From contig CAYOED010000006.1 in NCBI GenBank assembly GCA_964402925.1, forward strand, positions 1,953-65,952: DNA of 64,000 nucleotides, given 5' to 3'. A model generated the notes under the pieces. That model did not search any database. It saw only the letters and a list, made by a program, of their open reading frames with translations, and had not been told where the DNA came from. This DNA comes from an uncultured Lachnospiraceae bacterium. GTDB lineage: Bacteria > Bacillota > Clostridia > Lachnospirales > Lachnospiraceae. Shown here one piece after another: positions 18,417-28,285 of this stretch. The position numbers and the translations under genes were made by a program. Numbering within the stretch: position 1 is the first letter of the stretch; each line of letters begins with the position of its first letter.

Positions 18417-21400
18417 TTATCTCTTTTTCGCCAACACTTCCCGAAGTGTTTTCTTGAACTGTTCAAATACAATAGGCTTGGACACATGAGCGTCCATTCC
18501 GGCATCCAGCGCCTCCCGGACGTCGTCCACAAAAGCGTTCGCAGACATGGCAATGATTGGAATCGTCTGTGCGAAAGGATGTTCACTGGCACGAATAGCC
18601 CTGGTTGCTTCATAACCATTCATGACCGGCATCTGTATATCCATCAAAATAAGATCATACTTATCAGCCGGAGCATTAACAAATGTTTCCACTGCTTTCT
18701 GTCCATTCTCTACAACATCGCATTCTGCTCCCAGTGTACCCAAAAGTTTCACCAATACCAGCTGATTGACATTTATATCGTCTACCACAAGGACATGTTT
18801 TCCAGCGACCAAATCCTTATCATTACTCTCCGGAATACTCTTTTGTTCTGTTCCCATCATTCTCTGGATTGCATCCTTAAAATTGCTCATAAAGAATGGT
18901 TTCTGCAGAAAATGTTCGATTCCAATCTCCAACGCTTCCTGTTCAATCTCTCCCCAGTCATAGGCAGTGAACAGCAAAATCGGTATTTTATCCAAATAAT
19001 TTTCCCGAAGCCGTCTGGCCGTAGTTATCCCGTCCAAATCGGGCATTTTCCAATCCATCAAAATCAAATCATAAGGATTCCCTGTTTCCCGTGCACTTCG
19101 GATCATTTCAATAGCCCGGACACCGTTAGTCGCATACTGCACTTCTACGCCTGTGTCGGTCATCTTTTTCACAATATCACAGCAAATATCCTCGTCATCG
19201 TCTGCAACAATCATACGTGCTACTTTATGCTTACGCCAGAATCTGGGATCGTCTTCCCTGTTCTGAATACGCAGCTCCAATTCCACTATAAAGGTACTTC
19301 CCTCTCCCAGTCTGCTCTCCACCTTAATTGACCCATTCATCATATCAACCAGGCTCTTCGTAATCGCCATGCCAAGACCGGTGCCCTGAGCCGCATTCAC
19401 TGTATCATTCTGCTCACGGCTGAAAGGCTCAAATATCATCTTCTGATATTCCTCACTCATTCCCTGACCATTGTCGCTGATGGTAAACCGAATACGGCTA
19501 TAACTTTCATCTACCTGAGGAAGTTCGTCCACCAACATCTTAATTGTACCGCCATCTTGTGTATATTTCACTGCATTTGATAAAATGTTAATCAGAATTT
19601 GGTTGATGCGCAGCTTATCTCCCAGCAGGTGCTCGTTGGTCAGGGACACAGTAGATATCTCAAACTTCTGCTCTTTTGCATTGGCTTGAGGACGGATAAT
19701 CGTATTCACTTCATCAATAATCTCCGCCAGATTCAATTCCGAGATATTCAGTACCGCACTGCCGCTTTCAATTTTATTCATGTCCAGCACATCGTTAATC
19801 AGCCCCAGCAAATGCTGGCTGGCGGCAGATATCTTCTGCGTATACTCCCGCACATGTTCCGGCTTGTCCGCCTCTTCCTGCAAAAGAGGGATAAATCCCA
19901 TAATCGCATTCATTGGAGTACGAATGTCATGACTGACGCTGCTTAAGAAGATACTCTTCGCTTTATTTGCCATTTGAGCCATATTCAGTGCCTCAGAAAG
20001 GGTGTTCTGAATTTGTTTCTCCTTAGTCCGGTCTGAAATGTAAACAACAACCTTTTTAATCCCCTGCACCAACACACAATATACGCTTTCTCGAAACCAT
20101 TTGCGCTCTCCGGTCTTTCGGTGAATCCGCTCGGTCTCCATCGGCTCCAGATACATTCCAGGTTGCAGTGCAAGCAGACCTTCATTGCCGAGTTCTCTTC
20201 CTGTAATGTATCTGGCATGACCAATCTGATTCACATCATCCATTATGGCCTTCCATGGGATGCCCAGCACACGTTCAATATTGGGGCTGACAAATTCAGC
20301 CTTTTCCCCTCCCTCATCAAGCATCATATAAACATCATCTATATTATCTGCAAAAAAAGTGGAGAACAGCTCGAACATCTGCTCTTGATACTTAATTTCC
20401 TGATTCTTTTTTTCCCACTTTTGTTCATCCTTTAATTTTTGTGCCGTAAAATCTAGCAGAAACCGTTGATAATACAGTTTACCGCTTTTCTCAATGAGCT
20501 TAATATTTCCTAAAATATGGATTTCCTTTCCATCCGCATGCCGCACGCGGTACTCCACATTAACGCTGTCCCCTATCTTTGTCAAGGATCTGATGCACTC
20601 CCGAAGCTTCTCCTTATCTTCATCCACAACAGTCTTGGCAATCAAGGCAAAGCCATCCGCAATCAATTCCTCCTGTGATTCATAGCCCAGAAGCCGGAGG
20701 GCAGCCTGATTAACACTAACGATTCGTCTTCCATCAATGCTATGGCACATCACACCGCAGTCCAGTGTAGAAAAAAGCATTTCCAGAGTCCGGTTTTTCT
20801 CAACAATTTCCTGCTCGTACCCCTGCTCTCTAGTCACATCCAATGCAATACCCACAGTTCCCATGACACTTCCGTCACAATCATACAGCGGAGATTTATA
20901 GGTAGTCAGCGTCCTTTTACCCTCACCCGTATGGATAAACTCTCTGCCCACATAGGTCTCTTTTTTTCGCATAACTTCCCGTTCCGACTCAGTGCATGTC
21001 GGATTGTCCTGCTCCACATCCCAGATGTAAGCGTGCCTTTGCCCCTGCACCTGCTCTCTTGTTTTATTGACCGCTTTACAGAAACTCTCGTTTACGATTT
21101 CATGAACGCCATCTTTGTCTTTGAACCAGATTAAATTCGGAGAACTGTTCATACTGATCTCCCTGAATTGCTCAGACTGCCAGAAATCTATTCTGAGTTT
21201 GTAGTCTTTCTGCCATTTCTGAAAGCGGAATCTGAGCTCCTTGTCTGATACAGGCATGATCCATATATCCTCAATTTCAGGCAGGTCATCCGGCAATGCC
21301 ATAACCTGCTCCCTGTCAGCAAGCAAAATCAGTTCAGCCTCTTTTTTCTTGTATGCGGTAAGGGTCCGCAGCATCTCCCCTGCATCCGCTCCCTGCAAAT

Positions 21401-21560
21401 TGACAAACAGCACATCTGCCTGTGCTGCCGTCTCTGCTTCCGCCTCATCGCTTTCCCAGAATGTGTGCACAAAATGCTCCAGCGGCGTAATCTCTTTTAT
21501 GGATTCAAATATGCCGTTTTGACCGCCAATAAGATAAAACCGAATCTGGCAATGATACAT
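18417..21560 (-). CDS. cytoplasmic hybrid sensor histidine kinase (pseudo-REC, PAS, HisKA, HATPase, 2x REC)
   Basis: H-box SSVSHDIRTPMNAI, GTGLGMAI, and two C-terminal receivers (ILMDWKMP, ILMDIQMP). I prefer the ATG at 21560 (MYHCQ), 7 nt after GGAGG. The track start is 21575. Confidence 0.9.
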   Translation of the reverse strand: MYHCQIRFYLIGGQNGIFESIKEITPLEHFVHTFWESDEAEAETAAQADVLFVNLQGADAGEMLRTLTAYKKKEAELILLADREQVMALPDDLPEIEDIWIMPVSDKELRFRFQKWQKDYKLRIDFWQSEQFREISMNSSPNLIWFKDKDGVHEIVNESFCKAVNKTREQVQGQRHAYIWDVEQDNPTCTESEREVMRKKETYVGREFIHTGEGKRTLTTYKSPLYDCDGSVMGTVGIALDVTREQGYEQEIVEKNRTLEMLFSTLDCGVMCHSIDGRRIVSVNQAALRLLGYESQEELIADGFALIAKTVVDEDKEKLRECIRSLTKIGDSVNVEYRVRHADGKEIHILGNIKLIEKSGKLYYQRFLLDFTAQKLKDEQKWEKKNQEIKYQEQMFELFSTFFADNIDDVYMMLDEGGEKAEFVSPNIERVLGIPWKAIMDDVNQIGHARYITGRELGNEGLLALQPGMYLEPMETERIHRKTGERKWFRESVYCVLVQGIKKVVVYISDRTKEKQIQNTLSEALNMAQMANKAKSIFLSSVSHDIRTPMNAIMGFIPLLQEEADKPEHVREYTQKISAASQHLLGLINDVLDMNKIESGSAVLNISELNLAEIIDEVNTIIRPQANAKEQKFEISTVSLTNEHLLGDKLRINQILINILSNAVKYTQDGGTIKMLVDELPQVDESYSRIRFTISDNGQGMSEEYQKMIFEPFSREQNDTVNAAQGTGLGMAITKSLVDMMNGSIKVESRLGEGSTFIVELELRIQNREDDPRFWRKHKVARMIVADDDEDICCDIVKKMTDTGVEVQYATNGVRAIEMIRSARETGNPYDLILMDWKMPDLDGITTARRLRENYLDKIPILLFTAYDWGEIEQEALEIGIEHFLQKPFFMSNFKDAIQRMMGTEQKSIPESNDKDLVAGKHVLVVDDINVNQLVLVKLLGTLGAECDVVENGQKAVETFVNAPADKYDLILMDIQMPVMNGYEATRAIRASEHPFAQTIPIIAMSANAFVDDVREALDAGMDAHVSKPIVFEQFKKTLREVLAKKR

Positions 21561-21575
21561 GATATTTCCTCCCAT

Positions 21576-22721
21576 TTAAGAACACTGTGCTTCCGGAAGA
21601 TCCTGATACAACTCAAAAAGCTTATCCTCCACAGCCAAAAAGCTATCCAACAAACGCGGATTGAAGACTCCGCATTGTCCGGTGCAAATCATCTCCAACA
21701 CCTGTTTTCTAGGAAAAGGAGGTTTATAAACCCGTTTACAGTTCAAAGCATCGTAGACATCCGCCAGTGAAACCACCTGTGCCCATGGAGAAATTTCCTC
21801 TCCCGCCAGCCTATCCGGATATCCCCTGCCATCCCAACGCTCATGATGGTGCCTTGCAATATCACATGCATAGTCATAAATCTCACTGCCGCGCAACTGA
21901 GGTATACTCTCAAGAATCGCCACGCCCTTTGTAGTATGACTCTGCATAATCGCATACTCCTTGGCGGTAAGCGGTCCGGGTTTTGTCAGCACAGCATCCG
22001 GAATCGTAATCTTCCCCACATCATGCATGACAGCTGCAAGGGCGATATTATCAATTTCTTTCTTTTCCATTCCTTCTCCAAAAACGGTATTCTCAAGTAT
22101 CAGCCTTGTAATTTCGCTGATACGCTGTACATGACCGCCCGACTCCTCATTCCGGAACTCGATGGCAGTCGCTAAAGCTTCAATCATTCCCTGATTGAGC
22201 TGGATAATCTTTTCCGCCTGCTCTAACAGCGCAATACTCTGGTTTTCCACCACGATACTCAGATGTTTACGCGCCTCGAACAGTTCAATAATAGCCCTCA
22301 CACGCTTAACTACTATATAGGACACCACAGGCTTACTGATGACATCCATAACTCCCAGTTCATATGCCTCCTTCACCACGTCCGCACTCCTGTCCGCCGT
22401 GATAAGGAACACCGGAATCTTTTCCAGCAGTTCCAATTCTTTGAGACGCCTTAGAACCTCAATACCGTTCATCCCCGGCATCATTACATCCAGAAGAATC
22501 GCACATAGTCGGTTGTCTGCTTGCAAGATCTGCTCCAGACCCGTCTGTCCGTCCTGCGCCTCTATGACCGTATAAAATGCTGAGAACAACTTTCCTAATA
22601 TCTTGCGGTTAACAGGGTCGTCATCCACAATCAGAATCCTATCAGCCACCGCATTATTTGTTAGGCATTTGGGTTTTGTTTCCATCCAAGTAACATCCTT
22701 TCTATAAGGCAATCTTTTCAT
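21576..22721 (-). CDS. response regulator with HD-GYP output domain
   Basis: REC (ILIVDDDPVN...ILLDVMMP) followed by HD (MHDVGK) and HHERWDGRGYP. The start could instead be the ATG at 22685. Confidence 0.9.
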   Translation of the reverse strand: MKRLPYRKDVTWMETKPKCLTNNAVADRILIVDDDPVNRKILGKLFSAFYTVIEAQDGQTGLEQILQADNRLCAILLDVMMPGMNGIEVLRRLKELELLEKIPVFLITADRSADVVKEAYELGVMDVISKPVVSYIVVKRVRAIIELFEARKHLSIVVENQSIALLEQAEKIIQLNQGMIEALATAIEFRNEESGGHVQRISEITRLILENTVFGEGMEKKEIDNIALAAVMHDVGKITIPDAVLTKPGPLTAKEYAIMQSHTTKGVAILESIPQLRGSEIYDYACDIARHHHERWDGRGYPDRLAGEEISPWAQVVSLADVYDALNCKRVYKPPFPRKQVLEMICTGQCGVFNPRLLDSFLAVEDKLFELYQDLPEAQCS

Positions 22722-22729
22722 TGTTCTAT

Positions 22730-23089
22730 CTAAATATTCATATTCCGTTTAATGCAATCCATAATCGATGCCTGAGTAGGGCATATCCGCTCATATTCCT
22801 CTTTAGCCTCTTTGGGCCGATTGGTACGCAAAAAATCCAACATCTTCATGTATCCCTCAAAAAGCGGAGTCATAGCCAGATTGCCGGTGAGCCCCTTTAA
22901 AATATGTACCCGCTCAATAAGCGTATCAAGACCTTCCGCATCAAAATCTGCCATTTCGATTGGATTATCGTTCACCGTGTCAATAAACATACCCAGCATC
23001 ATTTCATATAGAGGTTCATCATCCATCACGCGCTCCAATCCCTCATCCACATCTACACCTAGCGTTTTTAGTTCTTCAAACAAACTCAA
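22730..23089 (-). CDS. Hpt domain phosphotransfer protein
   Basis: ERVHILKGLTGNL is the Hpt H-x-x-K-G signature. The track starts at a GTG at 23107. A TTG at 23089 lies 6 nt after GGAGAGG. The true start is uncertain. Confidence 0.8.
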   Translation of the reverse strand: MSLFEELKTLGVDVDEGLERVMDDEPLYEMMLGMFIDTVNDNPIEMADFDAEGLDTLIERVHILKGLTGNLAMTPLFEGYMKMLDFLRTNRPKEAKEEYERICPTQASIMDCIKRNMNI

Positions 23090-26066
23090 AATTATCCTCT
23101 CCTTCACTCATCTTTTCTTGTTTCCGCTTGTCAAATACCTGCTGTATAGTGTCACTCATCTTATCTGGACGGACTGGCTTGGCAATATGCGCATCCATTC
23201 CTGACTCAAGGGCTCTACGAATATCATCCACAAAAGCGTTTGCCGTCATTGCAATGATTGGCAGTGTTTTTGCCGAAGGATGATTGCTGCTGCGAATCGC
23301 TCTCGTGGCTGCATATCCATCCAAAACAGGCATCTGTACATCCATAAGAATCAAATCAAAATCATCTGGCGCAGAGTCCATAAATTTATCCAAAGCTTCC
23401 TGTCCATTACATGCCACATCGCAGACTGCCCCCATTGAACTAAGGACCTTAGTCAAGACAAGCCGGTTTGCCTCAATATCATCTACAACAAGAATGTGTT
23501 TCCCCTTTACTACTATGCTGCCGCTTTCCGTCTTGACCTTCTTCCGGCTGCCCATAACCCGTCGGATTACTTCCTTGAAAGTCGTCACAAAGAAAGGCTT
23601 GGGCATGAAATGATTCACACCGATTTCCGCAGCCTCCTTCTCGATTTCTCCCCAATCATAAGCAGAAAATAGCAAGATTGGAATCTTTTCTGAATATTTT
23701 ATGCGAATCAGCCGTGCAGTTTCCAAACCATCCAGATTCGGCATCTTCCAGTCCAGAAGAACCAGATTGTAAGGGGAGCCTGTCTCACTGGCGGCACACA
23801 TCATTTGAACTGCACTTTCACCGTCAATGACATAATCCAAAACAATACCAGTCTTCTCCATGGCTTTGACAATGTTGAGGCAAATCTCCTCGTCATCGTC
23901 CACCACGAGCATTTTATTGATTCCATGTCTAATCCAGAACTTAGGGTCATCTTCCTTCTCGCTTATGTATAGTTCCAGTTCCACGGTAAACACACTGCCC
24001 TCGCCAGACTTGCTCTGTACCTGAATTGTTCCTCCCATCAAGTCTACTAGACTCTTGGTAATCGCCATTCCCAGACCTGTGCCCTGAATCTGGCGGATAA
24101 TCTCCGTATTTTCGCGGGTAAAGGGATCAAAAATTACCTTTAGGTATTCTTCGCTCATTCCTATGCCATTGTCGCTGACCGTAAACCGGATGCGGCTGTA
24201 GCTATCATCCACCTGGGGCAGTTCATCTAGCCGCATCTGGATATTCCCGCCTTCCGGCGTATACTTCACGGCATTGGACAATAGGTTGATTAAAATCTGG
24301 TTGATACGCGGCTTATCCGCCTGCAGATGCTCATGAACTACAGAGGATGAAAATATTTCAAAGTTCTGATTTTTCGCCCCCGCCTGCGGCCGGATAATCG
24401 CATTGATCTCGTCGACAATGTCGGCAAGATTTATCTCTGACAGATTCAGTGTCGCGCTCCCACTCTCAATCTTATTCATATCCAGCACGTCATTTATCAA
24501 TCCCAGCAAATGCTGGCTGGCAGCATCAATCCGCTGCGCATATTCCCGTACATGGGCAGGATTCTCCGCCTCATCCTGCAACAAAATGCCAAACCCAATG
24601 ATTGCGTTCATGGGGGTGCGGATATCGTGACTGACACTGCTTAGGAACGCACTTTTGGCATCATTTGCCACTTGTGCAATCTGCAGTGCCTCTGTCAGCG
24701 TATTCTGAACGGTGCGCTCCTTCGTCCGGTCAGAAATATAAATAATAATCTTGCATTCATTCTGTACCAGCGTGCAATAAACGCTAATTCTGAAATATTT
24801 ATGTTCGTCGGTCTTGGGATTGCACCATTCTTCCGACATCGGTCTAAGTGACATACCCGGTTCCAACCGGTACAGTTCGTCAAAGTCAAAGGCTTCACCA
24901 GATGAATATACAGCTCCTGAAAAGAACTTCGAGTCAATGATTATATTTTGTGCAGAGATGCCCAGAATCCTCTCTGCATTGGGACTTATATACTCTACTT
25001 GTTTCTCCGCTGCATCAATCATCATGTATATGTCGTCCGTATTATTTGCAAGGTATGTCGCAAAGATATCGAAAAGCTGCTCCTGATACGCAATCTCCAT
25101 ATCTTTTTCCTTGATATCCCTGTTAGTACGCCAGATTAAAAAGATAAATCCGCCACAAATGATCAATACGCCAAAAAGAAGTCCAACCGCCATCTGGGAA
25201 TTCAGCAGGATATCATCTGTCTCCGCTGTAATCGCGCTTTTGGGCACGATAGAAACCAGATACCACTCCTCCGCATTTTCCACCGGAGCATAGGTAAAGA
25301 AAAACTCTCCGCTGTTCCCGGAAAACATGATACTGCCTGCCTCCTCATTATTCAGCGCCTCTATAAAATCATCAATCTTTGTCTGCTCGTCATTATGCCC
25401 TTCCAATATGTCAAAAATATTATCGTAGAAGCGATCCCCCAACATGCCGACAGACCTTAAAAGAATATCCCCCTCACGGTTCACCACATAAGCAAACCCC
25501 TGATCATTATAAAAGGAAAGCGAAAAAGCCTCTGAAACCTTACTGCAACCATAGCTTTTCTGAACCAACCCGCGAACGCCATCGGCAAAAGTAAAACATT
25601 CATAGTAACCAAACATCATGTCGTCAGTGTACAACCCCGTATATGGATCCCGTGCACCACTTCCGGAAAATTCCTGATAAAACATCAGTTTCTCTTTTGC
25701 CATACGATACGTTTGATATGATTTATTATTATAAAACTGCCCTGTCTCCAGATTGATGACAGAGTAAACGGCATCCACCTCATCGAATGCATTCAGCCAC
25801 TGTCGAATAAACTCAATGTCCTTAGAATCACTTTGCTCAAAATACTTTGCAAAACTATGGAGCCGCTCCTTATCTCCTGAAATAAAATTGTCAAATGCCT
25901 GCTGCTGTTGCATCGTCACAGTTAAGACGTTATGAACAGCCTGCTCCATCAAATTCGTACGCAAAGATGAAACATAGTAAAGCCCTCCCCACAGTATGAT
26001 TCCCATACAGATAACTATCACCAGACTAAACCAGTATCTTTGCTTTTTTTGTCCTTTTTTTATCAT
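23076..26066 (-). CDS. membrane hybrid sensor histidine kinase (TM, extracytoplasmic domain, TM, PAS, HisKA, HATPase, 2x REC)
   Basis: TM helices near aa 12-32 and 290-312 bracket a sensor domain of about 260 aa. From the PAS region onward it is a paralogue of 18417-21560 (SSVSHDIRTPMNAI, GTGLGMAI). Confidence 0.9.
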   Translation of the reverse strand: MIKKGQKKQRYWFSLVIVICMGIILWGGLYYVSSLRTNLMEQAVHNVLTVTMQQQQAFDNFISGDKERLHSFAKYFEQSDSKDIEFIRQWLNAFDEVDAVYSVINLETGQFYNNKSYQTYRMAKEKLMFYQEFSGSGARDPYTGLYTDDMMFGYYECFTFADGVRGLVQKSYGCSKVSEAFSLSFYNDQGFAYVVNREGDILLRSVGMLGDRFYDNIFDILEGHNDEQTKIDDFIEALNNEEAGSIMFSGNSGEFFFTYAPVENAEEWYLVSIVPKSAITAETDDILLNSQMAVGLLFGVLIICGGFIFLIWRTNRDIKEKDMEIAYQEQLFDIFATYLANNTDDIYMMIDAAEKQVEYISPNAERILGISAQNIIIDSKFFSGAVYSSGEAFDFDELYRLEPGMSLRPMSEEWCNPKTDEHKYFRISVYCTLVQNECKIIIYISDRTKERTVQNTLTEALQIAQVANDAKSAFLSSVSHDIRTPMNAIIGFGILLQDEAENPAHVREYAQRIDAASQHLLGLINDVLDMNKIESGSATLNLSEINLADIVDEINAIIRPQAGAKNQNFEIFSSSVVHEHLQADKPRINQILINLLSNAVKYTPEGGNIQMRLDELPQVDDSYSRIRFTVSDNGIGMSEEYLKVIFDPFTRENTEIIRQIQGTGLGMAITKSLVDLMGGTIQVQSKSGEGSVFTVELELYISEKEDDPKFWIRHGINKMLVVDDDEEICLNIVKAMEKTGIVLDYVIDGESAVQMMCAASETGSPYNLVLLDWKMPNLDGLETARLIRIKYSEKIPILLFSAYDWGEIEKEAAEIGVNHFMPKPFFVTTFKEVIRRVMGSRKKVKTESGSIVVKGKHILVVDDIEANRLVLTKVLSSMGAVCDVACNGQEALDKFMDSAPDDFDLILMDVQMPVLDGYAATRAIRSSNHPSAKTLPIIAMTANAFVDDIRRALESGMDAHIAKPVRPDKMSDTIQQVFDKRKQEKMSEGEDNFEFV

Positions 26067-26220
26067 TCACTTCGCCTCTACATCCAAATCTGCGGGCAGA
26101 TTACTTTAGCATCCAAATATTTCTTTTTTAATATACTCCAAATGTTTAGTGAATACAAGAGACTTTTTCATAAAACCTTTCTTTTTGACAATCCACGAAC
26201 CTTATATATAAGCATAACAA

Positions 26221-26470
26221 AAGCCCCTTGAATGCAAGCATTCTGGGGCTTTCTATATGCATCTTTGTTCGCAGATAACTGCTTATCTCTTGGTGAACTG
26301 TCTGACGTTATCTGCAAACGCAAGAAGAACCTCGATTCCGCTTCGCTTCATCTCGGTCATTCTTGCGTTCCAATGAACAGAGAGATATAAAAACGCCCTG
26401 AAATGCAAGCATTCCATGGCGTTTCCATATCTCTCTGTTCGCAGATAACTGCTTATCTCTTTGAAAACTG
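26221..26470. repeat. about 80-bp direct duplication of the rpsI 3' end plus terminator
   Basis: 26221-26300 and 26391-26470 align over their whole length. Copy 2 contains the real rpsI stop (QFSKR*). Copy 1 retains QFTKR*. Confidence 0.8.
26386..26424 (-). terminator. rpsI intrinsic terminator
   Basis: Stem CGCC...GGCG with internal pairing (26394-26421), followed on the minus strand by TTTTT. Confidence 0.6.
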
Positions 26471-26848
26471 CGGTGCACGACGTGCAGCTTTGAGACCGTA
26501 TTTCTTTCTTTCTTTCATACGAGGATCTCTTGTTAAGAAACCTGCTTTTTTGAGAACCGGTCTGTAATCTGCATCTACCTGAAGCAGTGCTCTTGCAATG
26601 CCGTGTCTGATTGCACCAGCCTGACCTGTGTAACCACCGCCGTGAACGTTTACCAGTACATCATACTTATCAACGGTTTCTGTCGCAACCATAGGCTGAC
26701 GAACGATAACTTTCAGAGTCTCTAATCCAAAATATTCATCTATAGATCTTTTATTGATTACGATATCACCCTTGCCCGGTGTTAAATATACTCTGGCAAT
26801 TGATTTTTTCCTTCTACCTGTTCCGTAGAATCTTGCTGATTTAGCCAT
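26453..26848 (-). CDS. rpsI: 30S ribosomal protein S9
   Basis: [22 protein letters not shown]...APQFSKR, with the conserved uS9 C-terminus. Confidence 0.97.
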   Translation of the reverse strand: MAKSARFYGTGRRKKSIARVYLTPGKGDIVINKRSIDEYFGLETLKVIVRQPMVATETVDKYDVLVNVHGGGYTGQAGAIRHGIARALLQVDADYRPVLKKAGFLTRDPRMKERKKYGLKAARRAPQFSKR

Positions 26849-26873
26849 TTTAATCTTCTCCTTTCAGTCCCTC

Positions 26874-27302
26874 TTAAAATGTTAATACTTCGGGTTTCTG
26901 AGCCGCATGCTGGTGCTCAGGTCCTGCATATACATGAAGCTTTGTGTACATCTGTCTTCCTAAAGGTCCCTTGGGAAGCATACCCTTAACAGCAAGCTCA
27001 ACTACCTTCTCAGGCTTCTTAGCCATCATTTCACGTAAGGTGGTCTCTTTCATGCCGCCAACGTAATCTGAATGATGATAGTAAATCTTCTGGTCTAACT
27101 TTCTGCCTGTTACTTTTACTTTATCAGCATTTACAATAATTACAAAATCGCCTGTATCCATGTGAGGTGTAAAGATTGGTTTGTTCTTACCTCTTAAAAC
27201 TTTAGCCACTTCTGAAGCTAAACGTCCCAATGTCATATTTGCAGCGTCTACTACATACCATTTTCTTTCGATTGTAGCAGGACTAGCCATAAATGTTTTC
27301 AT
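26874..27302 (-). CDS. rplM: 50S ribosomal protein L13
   Basis: Start ATG at 27302 ([20 protein letters not shown]) after GGAGGA. The track extension to 27353 has no Shine-Dalgarno site. Confidence 0.96.
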   Translation of the reverse strand: MKTFMASPATIERKWYVVDAANMTLGRLASEVAKVLRGKNKPIFTPHMDTGDFVIIVNADKVKVTGRKLDQKIYYHHSDYVGGMKETTLREMMAKKPEKVVELAVKGMLPKGPLGRQMYTKLHVYAGPEHQHAAQKPEVLTF

Positions 27303-27510
27303 GATAATCCTCCATTCTTGCTCAACACATAAGTTTCCCTGATGACTCTCCATGCACCAAGCGGATGTCCGGGCCGCCGGGATTATTTCAAATCATTTCA
27401 GGCATTCTATTTATAATGCTGACCTAGGGATGTGACAAGCCTTCCGACATAGATTGCATCAGTCAAACGCTTATCAGGTCAAGCATTAACAAACATTGCC
27501 ACATTGAATA

Positions 27511-27539
27511 ATTATATTATACGCCTCCGTGCGTGTCAA
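27511..27539 (-). promoter_or_regulatory. consensus promoter for rplM-rpsI
   Basis: On the minus strand: TTGACA (27534-27539), 17 nt, TATAAT (27511-27516), directly after the truA stop. Confidence 0.65.
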
Positions 27540-27547
27540 CAAAAAAT

Positions 27548-28285
27548 TTATAAAAATTCATATTTAATCAGTGTCAGCCCACATGCAGGTGCCGTGGGAC
27601 CTGCCGTCCTTCGATCTCTTGCCTCCAGAATCTCCTTCACATGCTCCGGTTCCATGTTTCCGCGGCCAGCCTCCATCAGTGTTCCCGCTATGATTCTTAC
27701 CATATTATAAAGGAAGCCATTGCCGCATACCCGTATGACAATTTCATCCTGCCCTCTTTCCACCGTCAACTGATAAATGGTTCTGACGGTAGACTCAACT
27801 ACCGCCGCTGCAGAACAAAAGCTTTTAAAATCATGCTCACCTATAAGATAAAGCGCCGCCTGCTTCATTCTTTCCACGTCAAGGGGTACATAAGTAAAAT
27901 GGGCATACAGTCTTTTGGTTGGCAACGGAAAACGGGCGTTCAAAATCCTATATTCATAGGTCTTGCGGCTGTCACAATGCCTCGGATGAAAATCCGATGC
28001 TACTTCCTCTGATTTCTGAATCCTGATATCTTCCGGCAGTCTCTGGTTCAACGCATAAGCAATCTTCTCTGCCGGAATACATGTGTCCGTGTCAAACACT
28101 GCTACATTACAAAGCGCATGGACGCCGGAGTCGGTCCTGCTTGCTCCGATGACCTGGATTTCTTCTTTCAGCAGCGCTCCCAGTGCGCGATTCAGTTCTC
28201 CCTCGATCGTAGGCGCTCCCGGCTGAATCTGCCATCCATGATAGGCTGTGCCATCATAAGCCACTACAATTTTCACTCTTTTCAT
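27548..28285 (-). CDS. truA: tRNA pseudouridine(38-40) synthase
   Basis: MKRVKIVVAYDGTAYHGWQIQ...GASRTDSGVHA (catalytic Asp motif). ATGA overlap with the ecfT stop. Confidence 0.95.
   Translation of the reverse strand: MKRVKIVVAYDGTAYHGWQIQPGAPTIEGELNRALGALLKEEIQVIGASRTDSGVHALCNVAVFDTDTCIPAEKIAYALNQRLPEDIRIQKSEEVASDFHPRHCDSRKTYEYRILNARFPLPTKRLYAHFTYVPLDVERMKQAALYLIGEHDFKSFCSAAAVVESTVRTIYQLTVERGQDEIVIRVCGNGFLYNMVRIIAGTLMEAGRGNMEPEHVKEILEARDRRTAGPTAPACGLTLIKYEFL

Noticed and set aside
26281-26300. Relic QFTKR-stop reading frame considered as an rpsI pseudogene
   Set aside because: Only the last five codons or so are recognisable. I report it as a duplication footprint rather than as a pseudogene feature.
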